From: a virus
Virus record (IMG/VR): IMGVR_UViG_3300025128_000015
Span: 1 to 64,000 of that record
DNA: 64,000 bases
Reading direction: 5' to 3' (one strand)
How positions within the stretch are numbered: position 1 is the first letter of the stretch; each line of letters begins with the position of its first letter. Below the pieces are notes generated by a model that had not been told where the DNA came from, made no database searches, and saw only the letters and a program-made list of their open reading frames with translations. Shown here piece by piece: positions 1-10,467 of the stretch. Position numbers and translations under genes: made by a program.

Positions 1-96
1 GATAACGATCGTCCGAATACCAAACGACGTCGAAGTCCAAAAGCTCCATCTGTTAAAAAGCTAAACGAAAGAGGCAATAAAAGGACAAAAAGGTAA
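1..96 (+). CDS. 3' end of an upstream gene (partial), basic C-terminal tail
   Basis: Frame 1 is open from base 1 to TAA at 94-96 (DNDRPNTKRRRSPKAPSVKKLNERGNKRTKR*), ending 5 nt before the next ATG. Confidence 0.55.
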   Translation, partial: DNDRPNTKRRRSPKAPSVKKLNERGNKRTKR

Positions 97-101
97 TATA
101 A

Positions 102-1313
102 ATGTCATTTTTTGATCAAAAACAAGAAGTATTTGATATTCAACTAACTTCTCATGGTAAAAAGCTCCTAGCTCAAGGAAAGCTAGAGCCGGAATACTAT
201 GCTTTTTTTGACGATGATATTCTATATGATGCAAGATATGCCGGATCTCCTGACGAAGAACAAAACTACATTGCTAAAAGAATCAAAGAAGAAACACCAA
301 GATTAAAAGCCCAGTATAATTTTACAAGATTGGAAAAGAAAGATCGATCTGGTACAAAATATGTTCTGAATGAAGATATTAATTTTGACCCTAAAGATAT
401 TTACGGCGCCGGCCCCGCTCAAGCTGGTAATGCCGGCTTTGGTCAACCTACCCTCCCAGATTTTGCGAATAATCTTAAAGATATAATCATTCAAGGCGCC
501 TTCGATTCAGGACTTATGGATCCAGATGAAGCGGGAATGAAAGAAGTCCTGGGCGCGACTTACAGCTACAATAACGAGTTTGGTATTCTCAACAATTACA
601 TTATGCAAGAACCAATCGGCACTTCAGACTTAGGCAATCAATTCGCTCCGTCTTGGGATATTCAGTGTTACAAAGGACAAATTAGCAGTTCTGTTGATCA
701 ACTATATACGAATCGATTTCCTACACTAAAAATACCTCAAATTGAATTAGAGTGTAATTTTACAACAATAGAAAAGTATGACATAAATTTTGCCAAAGAT
801 ATTACTCAAGCTATTGCAGTCAACAACGCATTAGCACACATCGGCGCCGACGAAATTATTCCTTTTGAAGATGGAACTTATTATGAGATAAAGCGGGGAG
901 AGATTATACTAGAAGTAGAAGAAGAAAACACTCCTTACGGAAAAGAAAATTATGAAGTGGAGGCTTTCTTTATTGAAGATTCAGGATTAGACACTGAAAG
1001 GTGGATTAAATTATATTTCAACCCGGAAACAAAAGCAGAAAATGCGTTTTATGCTCCCTATGTTAATGATGAGGAGAAAAATAAAGTTTATTTACCACCT
1101 CAAATGCAAAATATTTTGGCTAACTTTTTGGAAATTACTTTCGATGAAGAGATATCTGAAGATGTAATATGCAATACCAGAGCAGAATTAAAAGCAAAGA
1201 ACTTATTTTCTGATGTTGAAATTGATTGTGAAGATGTTGAAGTGTTCTCTGCAGATATCACCGATTCAGATATGTATGGAGATTCCCTTGAAGATACAGG
1301 AGAAATTTGTTAA
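102..1313 (+). CDS. Putative virion structural (baseplate/tail-associated) protein
   Basis: 403 aa. N-terminus (MSFFDQKQEVFDIQLTSHGKKLLAQG...YYAFFDDDILYD) resembles that of 8250..9245. Lies in the structural cluster and has an acidic C-terminus. Confidence 0.55.
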   Translation: MSFFDQKQEVFDIQLTSHGKKLLAQGKLEPEYYAFFDDDILYDARYAGSPDEEQNYIAKRIKEETPRLKAQYNFTRLEKKDRSGTKYVLNEDINFDPKDIYGAGPAQAGNAGFGQPTLPDFANNLKDIIIQGAFDSGLMDPDEAGMKEVLGATYSYNNEFGILNNYIMQEPIGTSDLGNQFAPSWDIQCYKGQISSSVDQLYTNRFPTLKIPQIELECNFTTIEKYDINFAKDITQAIAVNNALAHIGADEIIPFEDGTYYEIKRGEIILEVEEENTPYGKENYEVEAFFIEDSGLDTERWIKLYFNPETKAENAFYAPYVNDEEKNKVYLPPQMQNILANFLEITFDEEISEDVICNTRAELKAKNLFSDVEIDCEDVEVFSADITDSDMYGDSLEDTGEIC

Positions 1314-4300
1314 TGAGTGTTGTATCAAACAGATTTGGACAATCAGTACCTGACGTCTTTATAGGAAATATAAGAATATCAAAAGGTTACGATTCTATAA
1401 AAGAGAGAGAAAATACTCGAAACAATAGAGTCACATCTGATAGGAGAACATCAGATCGCTATAACGATGACTTTGCTTCTAGAGTTAAGAGTGAAGAAGG
1501 ATCACAATTAATTGTGACAGTAAATTTATATATTAAAGAAGTTGTAAATTCTTCACAGCGCACATCTTGGTTTAATGGCTCTAAAATAAGCAGAAACTTG
1601 AAAATAAGAGTAGTGCAAAGCTTGTCAGAAGCGTCCACAAAAGAAATATCTCGTGCACCAAGACAGATTTATCCTGGTGGCTACTATGATAATATCTCTA
1701 AAACTGCCGCCCATGGCGCCGCAACTAGTGTCATATGCAAAGATATACCTCTCAGACAATCAAACAACTTTAAAATAGAAAATTATTTGACAACAGAAAC
1801 AAGTGATTATAGAGTATATGATATACCATATCAGATAATTTTTTCTATTCCAAATGATGCGCCACCTCACTTAACTTATTTTGCAGCATGCTATTATGAT
1901 CCAAATCTTACAGATGGAAATCGTAACAAAAGAAGCAAGATACCTCTGCTTTCATCTTTAGGGAGATTGGCAGTAGAACAAGTTATAAATAAAAGCAAGA
2001 CTGTAAAGAAATCAAAATATTATTCTGTTGAAGATACTGGAGATGCTTATTTTGGACCAATATATCATAAAGAAACCGGTGAGGTTTTTACCGGACTAAC
2101 AAAAAATACTGGACCAAATCAAAAATTGACAACTAAAGTTGTTCCAAATACTAAAATTGTAGATTATAGAATATTTGAAAAATTTAAAAAAATTGATATT
2201 TCTTTTAAAGATTCTGATAAAGATGCGATCAAAGGATCCGGCAGATCTAAATCCAGAGTGACATATAATAAGAAAAATGATGATGTGTTTTTTACAGACT
2301 TATACCTAAATCGAAGTCAAAACGGTGTAGTTGATATGGTTTTTGGTATAAAAATGGAAAAGATATTTAAAAACTACAGTCATTATGCAAAGTTGTTTCA
2401 AAACACAGACAATACAATTGTAGAGACCATCCTTGGCGCCTCTAAATTAAGAAAATTAAAAATAATTCGACGTCGAATTGACAACAACAAAACTAGTTTT
2501 GATCGTCTCGGCGGAGTAAAAATGACACCATTTGTCAATCCAGATGGTTCATATGATGAACATGTCGTCGTCGAGGCTTATAACAGACCTCTTTTAACAA
2601 AAGCCGGCAGTGTAAATATCAAAGCAGCCACAGAAGACAGATATACAAAGGAAACCGTTGGCACAATCGATAAGATTGATTTATCTTTGGGTTCTGCAGG
2701 CGATGTTCTCTTTTTACATATAAGCGACAAGCAAATTGCAAAAGTTACAGAGGGTTTATATCAATATGGAATAGAATTAGATATTGAAGACAGAACACAA
2801 AATTATCTAATTTCAAGATTATATAATTTTGAGAGCGCTATTAGAAATTATGATTCATTAGCAAATATAGCAAGAATGGCCGGCTACAACAAATATAATA
2901 AAAAATATACACAAAGCTTTATGTCGGTTTCGTCGCTGGTTAATTACAGCTCATCCGGAACTACACCATGGTCAAACTTAATAACTCAGTTCGTTCAGAT
3001 TATAAATTTGTTCATGGGACATAATTCTGCACTCACCGAAGAATTACAATCTAATTTAGTCAAGTCTTTATTCTCTTTGTCGTGTCCAATAAGTAATAAT
3101 CCAAAAGATATGGATTTTGTTATGACAATGATGATAGAGTGCGCAAATAAGATCAGAAGTAAGATGTTGTTTGATTCTAACGACACGAGAAGGAAGAAGA
3201 TAACCTCTGCGCTGCGCACTAAAAAAGAAGCTTCTCCTAAAGTTGCAGTATTTAAGTTAGAAAAATACTTTGGCGCCTCGTATAAAGGATATAGTAATAA
3301 TAATGTAACATCTGAAATCGTCAATGCTTCACTGGATCCAAATTATGGTTATGATTATTTCGATTCTGGCGATAGTGCAGAAGGCTTAAAAACATATAAT
3401 GCTTCTGATATAATTAGCAGATCACAAATTGAAACATTAAGATACTATAAATCAGAAGATCCAGTCCTATCTTTAAAGGTTGATGATAAAATTTACACGA
3501 ATAGAGATTTTGCATTGTCAAATAAATATCAATTTTTTGCACCTTCATTTGTAACACTCGGTGGAAATAAAAAATTAAACCTAATTGATGAAGAAGAAAA
3601 CATTTTTAATAAAAATAAAAACACAGCGCTCTTATTAGATATCATGGGATATAATATGGCACAAGAAGAAAATAACATGACAGACTACACAAGATATTCT
3701 TATTCGCAAAAGCTAGATTCTTACTTGGCATTTAGAGATGTTAACAGAGTCGCTAATAGAGATCCGGTATCAGAATTAGAAAGTTCGAATTACAATATTG
3801 CCGATGATTATTTTGGCAAAACAACTAAAATTATTATTAATAAAGATATTACGGACGATCAAGAAATAATTGATATGATTAATCGTGAAAGCGACAGTAG
3901 ATATAAATCTAATAATAACAACCTTCGAAGAGGGGCGGAAACCCAAACGGCCGGAACTGGAATAATGTTATCACTTCTTGGCGCCCATTATTTAAAAACA
4001 CTAGAACCTGTTAAGGATTTAGAAAGATGGAACTTGAGAAATCCTGAAAATATCATCGCATTTCTTGATGGTGTCAAGAGTCAAGGAACTTCTAGATCTG
4101 AAGTTATTGACACTAGCAGAACATCTAAATTACAAAAAAGACAAGCAAATCAAGTATCTCCGGAAAAGCAAAGAATTATAAAAGAGATGCCAATGCAATT
4201 AAAGTCTTTATTGCATCAAGGTGTTGGTAATGTATCAAAAAACAATTTTAGAAGAGAGTTGTTTGCTTCCAATTTTAACCCCTTACAAGATGCTAGTAAG

Positions 4301-4870
4301 TTTATAATGTTCTGGTTGATGCATGGACAACTAGTAGAACTACAAGCATATGTTGGGCATAGTATGTCAAATAACGATGCCAACATGAAAATGCCTTCTT
4401 GGCGTCCAGTAACACCAGATGTGTGGAGCAATATTGTTAATAGAAGTACTACTTTGTGTCGACTTGTGCGGTACAGAAATCCAATGTTATTAGGTACTTA
4501 TCCAGAAACTTTAGACCTGCCAATATACAATGAATATTTTATAATAAGAGGAAATACCACTGCCCCTGGAAAAGATTCTAAGTTAAAGACAAGAATATCC
4601 AAAAGAGTACAAAAAGTTGTCAGAGATGCCGATAAAACGTATAGAAGTGGCATACAGCCAGAATATATGTTTAATTCACAAATTAGATCTGGCCGAACTA
4701 GTATCGAAAGAAAGAATCGTCCCAGACCAGCGGATATCACATCTCGAAATAGAGACTCCAGAGTAGGAAGCGCAGAGAGCGCACCCCAACCACAGAGAGG
4801 CAATACTCCACGCTCAGGCGGAAATATGGGACGAGGTACCGGTGGCAATAGAGGTGGAGGAGGCTATTAA
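1307..4870 (+). CDS. Large hypothetical protein, probably virion structural; Arg/Gly-rich C-terminal tail
   Basis: 1187 aa ORF overlapping both neighbours; no recognisable catalytic motif; ends RSGGNMGRGTGGNRGGGGY. Confidence 0.5.
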   Translation: MLMSVVSNRFGQSVPDVFIGNIRISKGYDSIKERENTRNNRVTSDRRTSDRYNDDFASRVKSEEGSQLIVTVNLYIKEVVNSSQRTSWFNGSKISRNLKIRVVQSLSEASTKEISRAPRQIYPGGYYDNISKTAAHGAATSVICKDIPLRQSNNFKIENYLTTETSDYRVYDIPYQIIFSIPNDAPPHLTYFAACYYDPNLTDGNRNKRSKIPLLSSLGRLAVEQVINKSKTVKKSKYYSVEDTGDAYFGPIYHKETGEVFTGLTKNTGPNQKLTTKVVPNTKIVDYRIFEKFKKIDISFKDSDKDAIKGSGRSKSRVTYNKKNDDVFFTDLYLNRSQNGVVDMVFGIKMEKIFKNYSHYAKLFQNTDNTIVETILGASKLRKLKIIRRRIDNNKTSFDRLGGVKMTPFVNPDGSYDEHVVVEAYNRPLLTKAGSVNIKAATEDRYTKETVGTIDKIDLSLGSAGDVLFLHISDKQIAKVTEGLYQYGIELDIEDRTQNYLISRLYNFESAIRNYDSLANIARMAGYNKYNKKYTQSFMSVSSLVNYSSSGTTPWSNLITQFVQIINLFMGHNSALTEELQSNLVKSLFSLSCPISNNPKDMDFVMTMMIECANKIRSKMLFDSNDTRRKKITSALRTKKEASPKVAVFKLEKYFGASYKGYSNNNVTSEIVNASLDPNYGYDYFDSGDSAEGLKTYNASDIISRSQIETLRYYKSEDPVLSLKVDDKIYTNRDFALSNKYQFFAPSFVTLGGNKKLNLIDEEENIFNKNKNTALLLDIMGYNMAQEENNMTDYTRYSYSQKLDSYLAFRDVNRVANRDPVSELESSNYNIADDYFGKTTKIIINKDITDDQEIIDMINRESDSRYKSNNNNLRRGAETQTAGTGIMLSLLGAHYLKTLEPVKDLERWNLRNPENIIAFLDGVKSQGTSRSEVIDTSRTSKLQKRQANQVSPEKQRIIKEMPMQLKSLLHQGVGNVSKNNFRRELFASNFNPLQDASKFIMFWLMHGQLVELQAYVGHSMSNNDANMKMPSWRPVTPDVWSNIVNRSTTLCRLVRYRNPMLLGTYPETLDLPIYNEYFIIRGNTTAPGKDSKLKTRISKRVQKVVRDADKTYRSGIQPEYMFNSQIRSGRTSIERKNRPRPADITSRNRDSRVGSAESAPQPQRGNTPRSGGNMGRGTGGNRGGGGY

Positions 4871-7800
4871 TGTCTATTGAGAGAAGTTATATAAGCACAA
4901 ATTTGTTTGGTCACGGGAAAGGAAAGCCTGTATCCGGAGACTCTCTTGCGACTGGTAGGGGATATTACTATAGTTCTCAAAACAATGATGCTCCTAAAGA
5001 TAACGAGTTCGCTAAAAAAGGTATTAGTATTACCTTTGGGCAACCAACAGAAGAAGATGAGAATCTTGGAGGTTGTTTTGAATTTAATGATATATTCAAA
5101 GTATATCCAGTTGTTATCAGGTCTAGTACACTTAAATATAAAAATGCTCTCGGACAAGATCTTATAAAGCCTGTGACGCAGGAAAACAAATCTCTTAATG
5201 TTTGGCGCTTCAGTCTTTTCGGAGGAGATGTAGAAGGGCAACAAAATGATCCTCTTGTCGAAGTAGAGACCCCATATGGCACTCAGCTTATTCCTTTTTC
5301 CTCCGATGGAATGATACCAAAGAAGCTTTTTAGCACAAGGTATTATGATCATTCGTTTAAGCAAGTGTTGCCGGCCAGACCTGAAATTGCTTTAGAGAAT
5401 CAAGATTTATTAGGAAATTCTAGTCCTGCTAAAGACTTATCATCTTTCTATTCGTTTCATGTTCCTGAGTATGAAGAATATACAGACAGCAATATAGAAA
5501 ACTATCAAGAAACATCCTTTCCTTACATTTATAATTTTATCGACGAGATACATAATTCTGATTTAAACAACTTGTTTTCTTCTTTAGAGCAGGCAAAGAC
5601 ATTCTTTTGGGACGATCCGAAATGTAACATGTTCTTAGGGGGAAGTAACACACCTTCTACTCGAACAAGCACTGCAACAGGAGATCAATATGCTAATAAT
5701 ACTCCTTCAAGTATTAACGCTCAATTTGTTAATTATGCTCCCTCTATACATGAGCCTTTTTCTGACATAGCACAATTTGAAAGAAGGATGCATGGCAATG
5801 CTTTGGACGCTGATTTAGACACACTATATGAAGGTCAATATAAGAAAGAAAAAGATTCCGCCCTTAAGCAATATTTTCTAAAGTGGACAGTAGAGTCAAC
5901 GTTCCCTTCAGATCCAATTGTAGTAGACGAAGTTAAGCCGGCACCTACACCATATACAACAGAAATAACAAAAAATGTTAGAAAGCTTCTTGAGCACAAA
6001 TACAAGAACATCTTTTTTAGACAGCCTGAATTAATGGATTATAACAATACTCAAAATTTATTTCCTATGAGTAGTAGAATTAAAATTGAAAATATACCAA
6101 ATATTAATTCTGGTTTTGGTTGGCAAAAATCTTATGGTGGGATTGATACAATCAAAAAGACATTGAAGAAGTATACTTTGTTTGAAAACATATTTGATAA
6201 ATTTGCCGAAACAACGTCACAACCATATTTCAGACCTGTTGTTTTAGGTGAACAACAAAACTCTTTTTATGCATTAGAGAAGTTATATCCTAGAACCCTA
6301 AACCAAGAGAATGAATATTATGATTCTATAACAAATTATACGCCACTTGATTATGATAAAGCATCCAATCAGAGCATCTTAGAACTTCCCTTTAATGCCA
6401 AGGTCATTGATTTTAAAGAGTTTGTAAAAGAATTTAAAGATCCTAATGGTGATTTTGTTTATGACGTACCCGGCTCAGCGCTTGATCCAACAGATCCAAA
6501 TTATTCACCAGAAGAAGGCGCCGGGTATAACATACATTTAGAACTTACTAAATCACAAAGATATGCTTCTGTAGGTATTAATAGGGAATTAGGTGAGGGG
6601 GATGAATTTGTTGAGGGAAAAATAGCGAATCCTGCCAACGCAGGCGCAGCAATTGATGAATTGGATCCAAACTATTCGCCAGAATCAGGCGTCAGTAAAC
6701 CTTTAATGGCCGATTACTTCTCACAAGATATATACAATTTTGTAAACTATATTTTTAAAGATACCATTACAATGAAATATGATTTTAATAATGGCGCAGC
6801 TGTTATTACATCTGATGATCCACATGCTCAATTTAAATCATATAATGAAATATTAGGACTAAGAATATCCAAACATGAAATTGATGCGTCTGGCAATCCT
6901 GTCGAAAATCCAATTCAAAATGTATACTTTCCTAACAATTCTAAATTTCAATTTATCGAAGGTTCGTTTAAAAATTCTTTTCCGTCATGGACAATCGATT
7001 ATCTTGATACTCATGTAAAATATGGAAAGAGATATTTCTACAAAGCTCATTTAATAACTGCAGTTATTGGTAAAAAATATTTCTATAGAAATTTAACTTC
7101 ACCAAAAATTGTTGAAGATGGAAATGAAAGCTATTTTGAGTCGACCATGGAAATGGTTGTGGAGCCATCTGTAATAATAGCAGAAGTTCCCTATGGCAAT
7201 TTAGGTAGAACATCAGTCACCTCGCCTCCACCACTTCCTCCGCTACCCGAATTCATTCCTTCAACAGAGGTTCCTGGCTCTGTCAAAATCTTGTTAAAGA
7301 ATGATAACAATAGTGGCTTTAGAAAACCGATTCCAATTGAAGAATCTGATAAAGATTATTATGCAAAAGTATTAGAATCACAAAGTCCCAAAGGGGAAGA
7401 TGTTGGCAAAATATACTTTACAAGCGATGATCCTGTGGCTGGATATAGAATTTATCGTCTAGACGAAAAGCCAACAGCTATTGGAGATTTTGCCAATGCA
7501 TATACTTTGCTGAGTACTGATTTAGACGCAACCCACTACAATGAAGTAATGTCTCTAAATCAAAAGTACTATTACTTATTCAGAACTGTTGATGTTCATG
7601 GGGGAATATCGAATCCCTCAAACATATATGAAATAGAATTGGTATCCTTAACCGATGGATCTACTGATGTGGCCATATATCCTGTAATAAAAGTTCATTC
7701 AATCAATGAATTTTTTGTAGGAGAATCGTATCCAAACAAAAGAACTTTTAGAAGATATATTCACATAAAACCATCCAGAAACCAATCACAGATTTCTAAT

Positions 7801-8154
7801 TTAGAAAAGCTCTTATCACAAGATGCACACAAATTGAATCTAGAAGATCCTGATACAGGAGAACTCACACAGAAGTTTACGGACGAGTGGAATAAATATT
7901 CTGAAAACTATTCAGTGAAAAAAAATGAGTTCCCAACTTTCGGCTCAAGCGCCCCCGAAAGCAGGTTTATAATTGGGTCGAAAATTAGTGATGGGGTTTC
8001 GACACTTAAAAATAGAAAAATTAAAATTAGGTTAACATCTAAGTCAACAGGGCGTAAAATAGATCTAAATTTAAATTTCAAACATACACACTTTCCTTAT
8101 GACCCATCTCATCAAGGTAAGAATGAAAATGTTCCCGATCAAGATGATAATTAA
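4870..8154 (+). CDS. Large putative structural protein with fibronectin type III-like segments
   Basis: 1094 aa; TAATG stop/start coupling; FN3-like patterns YLDTHVKYGKRYFYKA and GYRIYR...QKYYYLFRTVDVHGGISNPS. Confidence 0.5.
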   Translation: MSIERSYISTNLFGHGKGKPVSGDSLATGRGYYYSSQNNDAPKDNEFAKKGISITFGQPTEEDENLGGCFEFNDIFKVYPVVIRSSTLKYKNALGQDLIKPVTQENKSLNVWRFSLFGGDVEGQQNDPLVEVETPYGTQLIPFSSDGMIPKKLFSTRYYDHSFKQVLPARPEIALENQDLLGNSSPAKDLSSFYSFHVPEYEEYTDSNIENYQETSFPYIYNFIDEIHNSDLNNLFSSLEQAKTFFWDDPKCNMFLGGSNTPSTRTSTATGDQYANNTPSSINAQFVNYAPSIHEPFSDIAQFERRMHGNALDADLDTLYEGQYKKEKDSALKQYFLKWTVESTFPSDPIVVDEVKPAPTPYTTEITKNVRKLLEHKYKNIFFRQPELMDYNNTQNLFPMSSRIKIENIPNINSGFGWQKSYGGIDTIKKTLKKYTLFENIFDKFAETTSQPYFRPVVLGEQQNSFYALEKLYPRTLNQENEYYDSITNYTPLDYDKASNQSILELPFNAKVIDFKEFVKEFKDPNGDFVYDVPGSALDPTDPNYSPEEGAGYNIHLELTKSQRYASVGINRELGEGDEFVEGKIANPANAGAAIDELDPNYSPESGVSKPLMADYFSQDIYNFVNYIFKDTITMKYDFNNGAAVITSDDPHAQFKSYNEILGLRISKHEIDASGNPVENPIQNVYFPNNSKFQFIEGSFKNSFPSWTIDYLDTHVKYGKRYFYKAHLITAVIGKKYFYRNLTSPKIVEDGNESYFESTMEMVVEPSVIIAEVPYGNLGRTSVTSPPPLPPLPEFIPSTEVPGSVKILLKNDNNSGFRKPIPIEESDKDYYAKVLESQSPKGEDVGKIYFTSDDPVAGYRIYRLDEKPTAIGDFANAYTLLSTDLDATHYNEVMSLNQKYYYLFRTVDVHGGISNPSNIYEIELVSLTDGSTDVAIYPVIKVHSINEFFVGESYPNKRTFRRYIHIKPSRNQSQISNLEKLLSQDAHKLNLEDPDTGELTQKFTDEWNKYSENYSVKKNEFPTFGSSAPESRFIIGSKISDGVSTLKNRKIKIRLTSKSTGRKIDLNLNFKHTHFPYDPSHQGKNENVPDQDDN

Positions 8155-8184
8155 TCAAAATCGTTGGTAACGTTTTGTTAATAC

Positions 8185-8224
8185 ACTATTTATAAATACA
8201 AATAAATATTTGAAACTAATTAAT
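8185..8224 (+). promoter_or_regulatory. Putative late promoter motifs (two copies)
   Basis: ACTATTTATA at 8185 and ACTAATTAAT at 8215; the same motif precedes many virion genes. Confidence 0.6.
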
Positions 8225-8249
8225 AATTAGTGAATATAGGAGCTACACA

Positions 8250-9245
8250 ATGGCATTTTTAGACAATTCAGGCGACATAATTTTAGATGCTGTGTTGACC
8301 GACGCCGGTCGACTCGCACTAGCAAGGGGCGATGGCACTTTTAAGATTGTATCTTTTGCGCTATCTGACGACGAAATCGATTACGGTCTCTACAACAAGA
8401 ATCATCCATCAGGATCAGCATATTATGATCTTGAGATTTTACAGACTCCTGTCTTAGAAGCCATAACCAACAACTCCGTTAGTTTAAAATCAAAATTAGT
8501 TTCATATTCAGATCCCAATATTCTTTACATGCCTATTTTGAAAAAGAATACTGTGGCAGATGGCAAAAATACAAAATTATCCACAGATTCTGCAACTTCT
8601 GGTCTTTACGTTATCGCTACAGACCAAACAACAATGAATAAAATTGGTACTGTAAATGCTCAACCTGGCGTATTGAATGGAGTTAATCCTTCACGTCGCC
8701 CTTCCTATGTTCGTATTGATCAAGGGCTGGATACAACAGAGCTTCCGAAAGATAGAAGACTGTCACCAGATCAACTTGAGACTCAATACACAATTGAGAT
8801 GGATAATAGATTAGGCTTTCCAGTAAGCCTTAATGGAAATCAACGACCTAATTTAAGATTCGTTGATGACGATAACATTGCTACTTACCTTCTTTCTAGT
8901 ACAAGAGATCGCGGCGGCACATTGACTTCCACTGGTGGTTTTGTGAGTGACGTTCTTGGACAATCACGAGAAGAGATATTAACTCAAGCTACAGACACAG
9001 AAAGTGTTTTATCTGGACCACCAGGTTCCAAGATTCAATTTAAGCTAGCAACAACGCTTGATCTTCAATCAGATACAAACTATTTCTTATTTAAGAGATT
9101 AGGCGGAACAAGCACCTTTACTGACTCGGCCGGTGCAACATTCAATGTTAGACACATTGATACGTTGATTCGAGTCACTGCTCTCACAACAGGTTATTCA
9201 ATCGACGTGCCTGTGAGATTTATCAAATATGACTCATCACTGTAA
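8250..9245 (+). CDS. Putative baseplate/tail structural protein
   Basis: 331 aa; MAFLDNSGDIILDAVLTDAGR...FALSDDEIDY N-terminus, which I recall from large-phage structural proteins; SD GGAG and late motif upstream. Confidence 0.6.
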   Translation: MAFLDNSGDIILDAVLTDAGRLALARGDGTFKIVSFALSDDEIDYGLYNKNHPSGSAYYDLEILQTPVLEAITNNSVSLKSKLVSYSDPNILYMPILKKNTVADGKNTKLSTDSATSGLYVIATDQTTMNKIGTVNAQPGVLNGVNPSRRPSYVRIDQGLDTTELPKDRRLSPDQLETQYTIEMDNRLGFPVSLNGNQRPNLRFVDDDNIATYLLSSTRDRGGTLTSTGGFVSDVLGQSREEILTQATDTESVLSGPPGSKIQFKLATTLDLQSDTNYFLFKRLGGTSTFTDSAGATFNVRHIDTLIRVTALTTGYSIDVPVRFIKYDSSL

Positions 9246-9265
9246 AATAAATATGGAGATTTAAG

Positions 9266-10447
9266 ATGGCATCTACTTTTAAAACTTTTGGAAATGGAGA
9301 TATCCAAAACACAAGAACTTTATTACACGAATCGATTCCGGTAACCGGATCAATCGTATCGGGTACTTATCTACCAGCTTATCCTGTCGAAGGAAATATT
9401 AAAAATTACTCTCACAATATGTTCCAGTCTGTATATGACTATCCATATTTGAGTTCTTCTGCAAATCACTTGTTTGATATTTCTTTGGGATATTCATCTC
9501 AATCTCCGGTTTCCGCATCTGCTAATAAACACAACGCTAAAAAAATCAATATTTACAATACATTTGCACAGCAACTAGTTGGATACGAGGCTACTGGGTC
9601 TTCGAAAATTATCAAGAGATTTGATAAAGACGGTGATGAAACTACAACAACTGATAAAATTAATGAAGCTTATTTCATTACGTTCTCGCGCTTACTGATA
9701 AAAGATGAAATCAAGAAAGGATCTTTTAAATTAGATCTTGGAGTAAGTGGTAATTTCTGGAAACCTTTCCGGAAAGCTCGAATTAGAATTGACGATGCTC
9801 ATGCTGCAGGCGCCGATGGTAATTTTAAAATTAATTCACCAGCAGGAGAATACGCAATTCTTAAAGCTAGAAATCTTACAACAAATGCTGGTGGAGCAGG
9901 TGGACCGATTAATCACAACTCTGGTAATGCTGATAAGAATGGTGTTAGTGTTGGATTGATTTATTATCAAGCTGGTATTGTAGTTCTTACTGCCTCTATC
10001 TTTCAATCAATTGGTGGATCCGAAGCCTTATTAAGTGCCTCTGTTGATGATGGAACACGAGGAATTGACTTAGTTGGTTCCGGTACTGCAGCTAATGCTG
10101 GTCCGCACATGAAAGCTCACCTCACTGGTACAACCATTTCTGGAGCGGCAGATGGACTAAGAAACAGAATCTATAACATGCAATTTAATAATACGACAGA
10201 ACTTCACTCAACACTTTATTTCTGTCGTGTCAATAATACTGATTTTAACTACAGTACGAATCCAACATATGTATCCTCTAGCAAGGTTGTTGTGAAAGAA
10301 AATGCTGTAGACAATCCAGTATCATATGTGACAACAATTGGGCTTTACGGAGCTAATAACGAATTGTTGGCCGTAGGAAAACTTTCAGAACCTCTCAAGA
10401 AAACTCCGAATAATGAGATGACTTTGAGAGTGAGATTAGATTATTAA
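9266..10447 (+). CDS. Putative tail/baseplate protein with tail-collar-fibre-like C-terminal domain
   Basis: 393 aa; C-terminus IGLYGANNELLAVGKLSEPLKK...LRVRLDY. Confidence 0.55.
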   Translation: MASTFKTFGNGDIQNTRTLLHESIPVTGSIVSGTYLPAYPVEGNIKNYSHNMFQSVYDYPYLSSSANHLFDISLGYSSQSPVSASANKHNAKKINIYNTFAQQLVGYEATGSSKIIKRFDKDGDETTTTDKINEAYFITFSRLLIKDEIKKGSFKLDLGVSGNFWKPFRKARIRIDDAHAAGADGNFKINSPAGEYAILKARNLTTNAGGAGGPINHNSGNADKNGVSVGLIYYQAGIVVLTASIFQSIGGSEALLSASVDDGTRGIDLVGSGTAANAGPHMKAHLTGTTISGAADGLRNRIYNMQFNNTTELHSTLYFCRVNNTDFNYSTNPTYVSSSKVVVKENAVDNPVSYVTTIGLYGANNELLAVGKLSEPLKKTPNNEMTLRVRLDY

Positions 10448-10467
10448 AGAAGAAGAAGAATGAAAAC

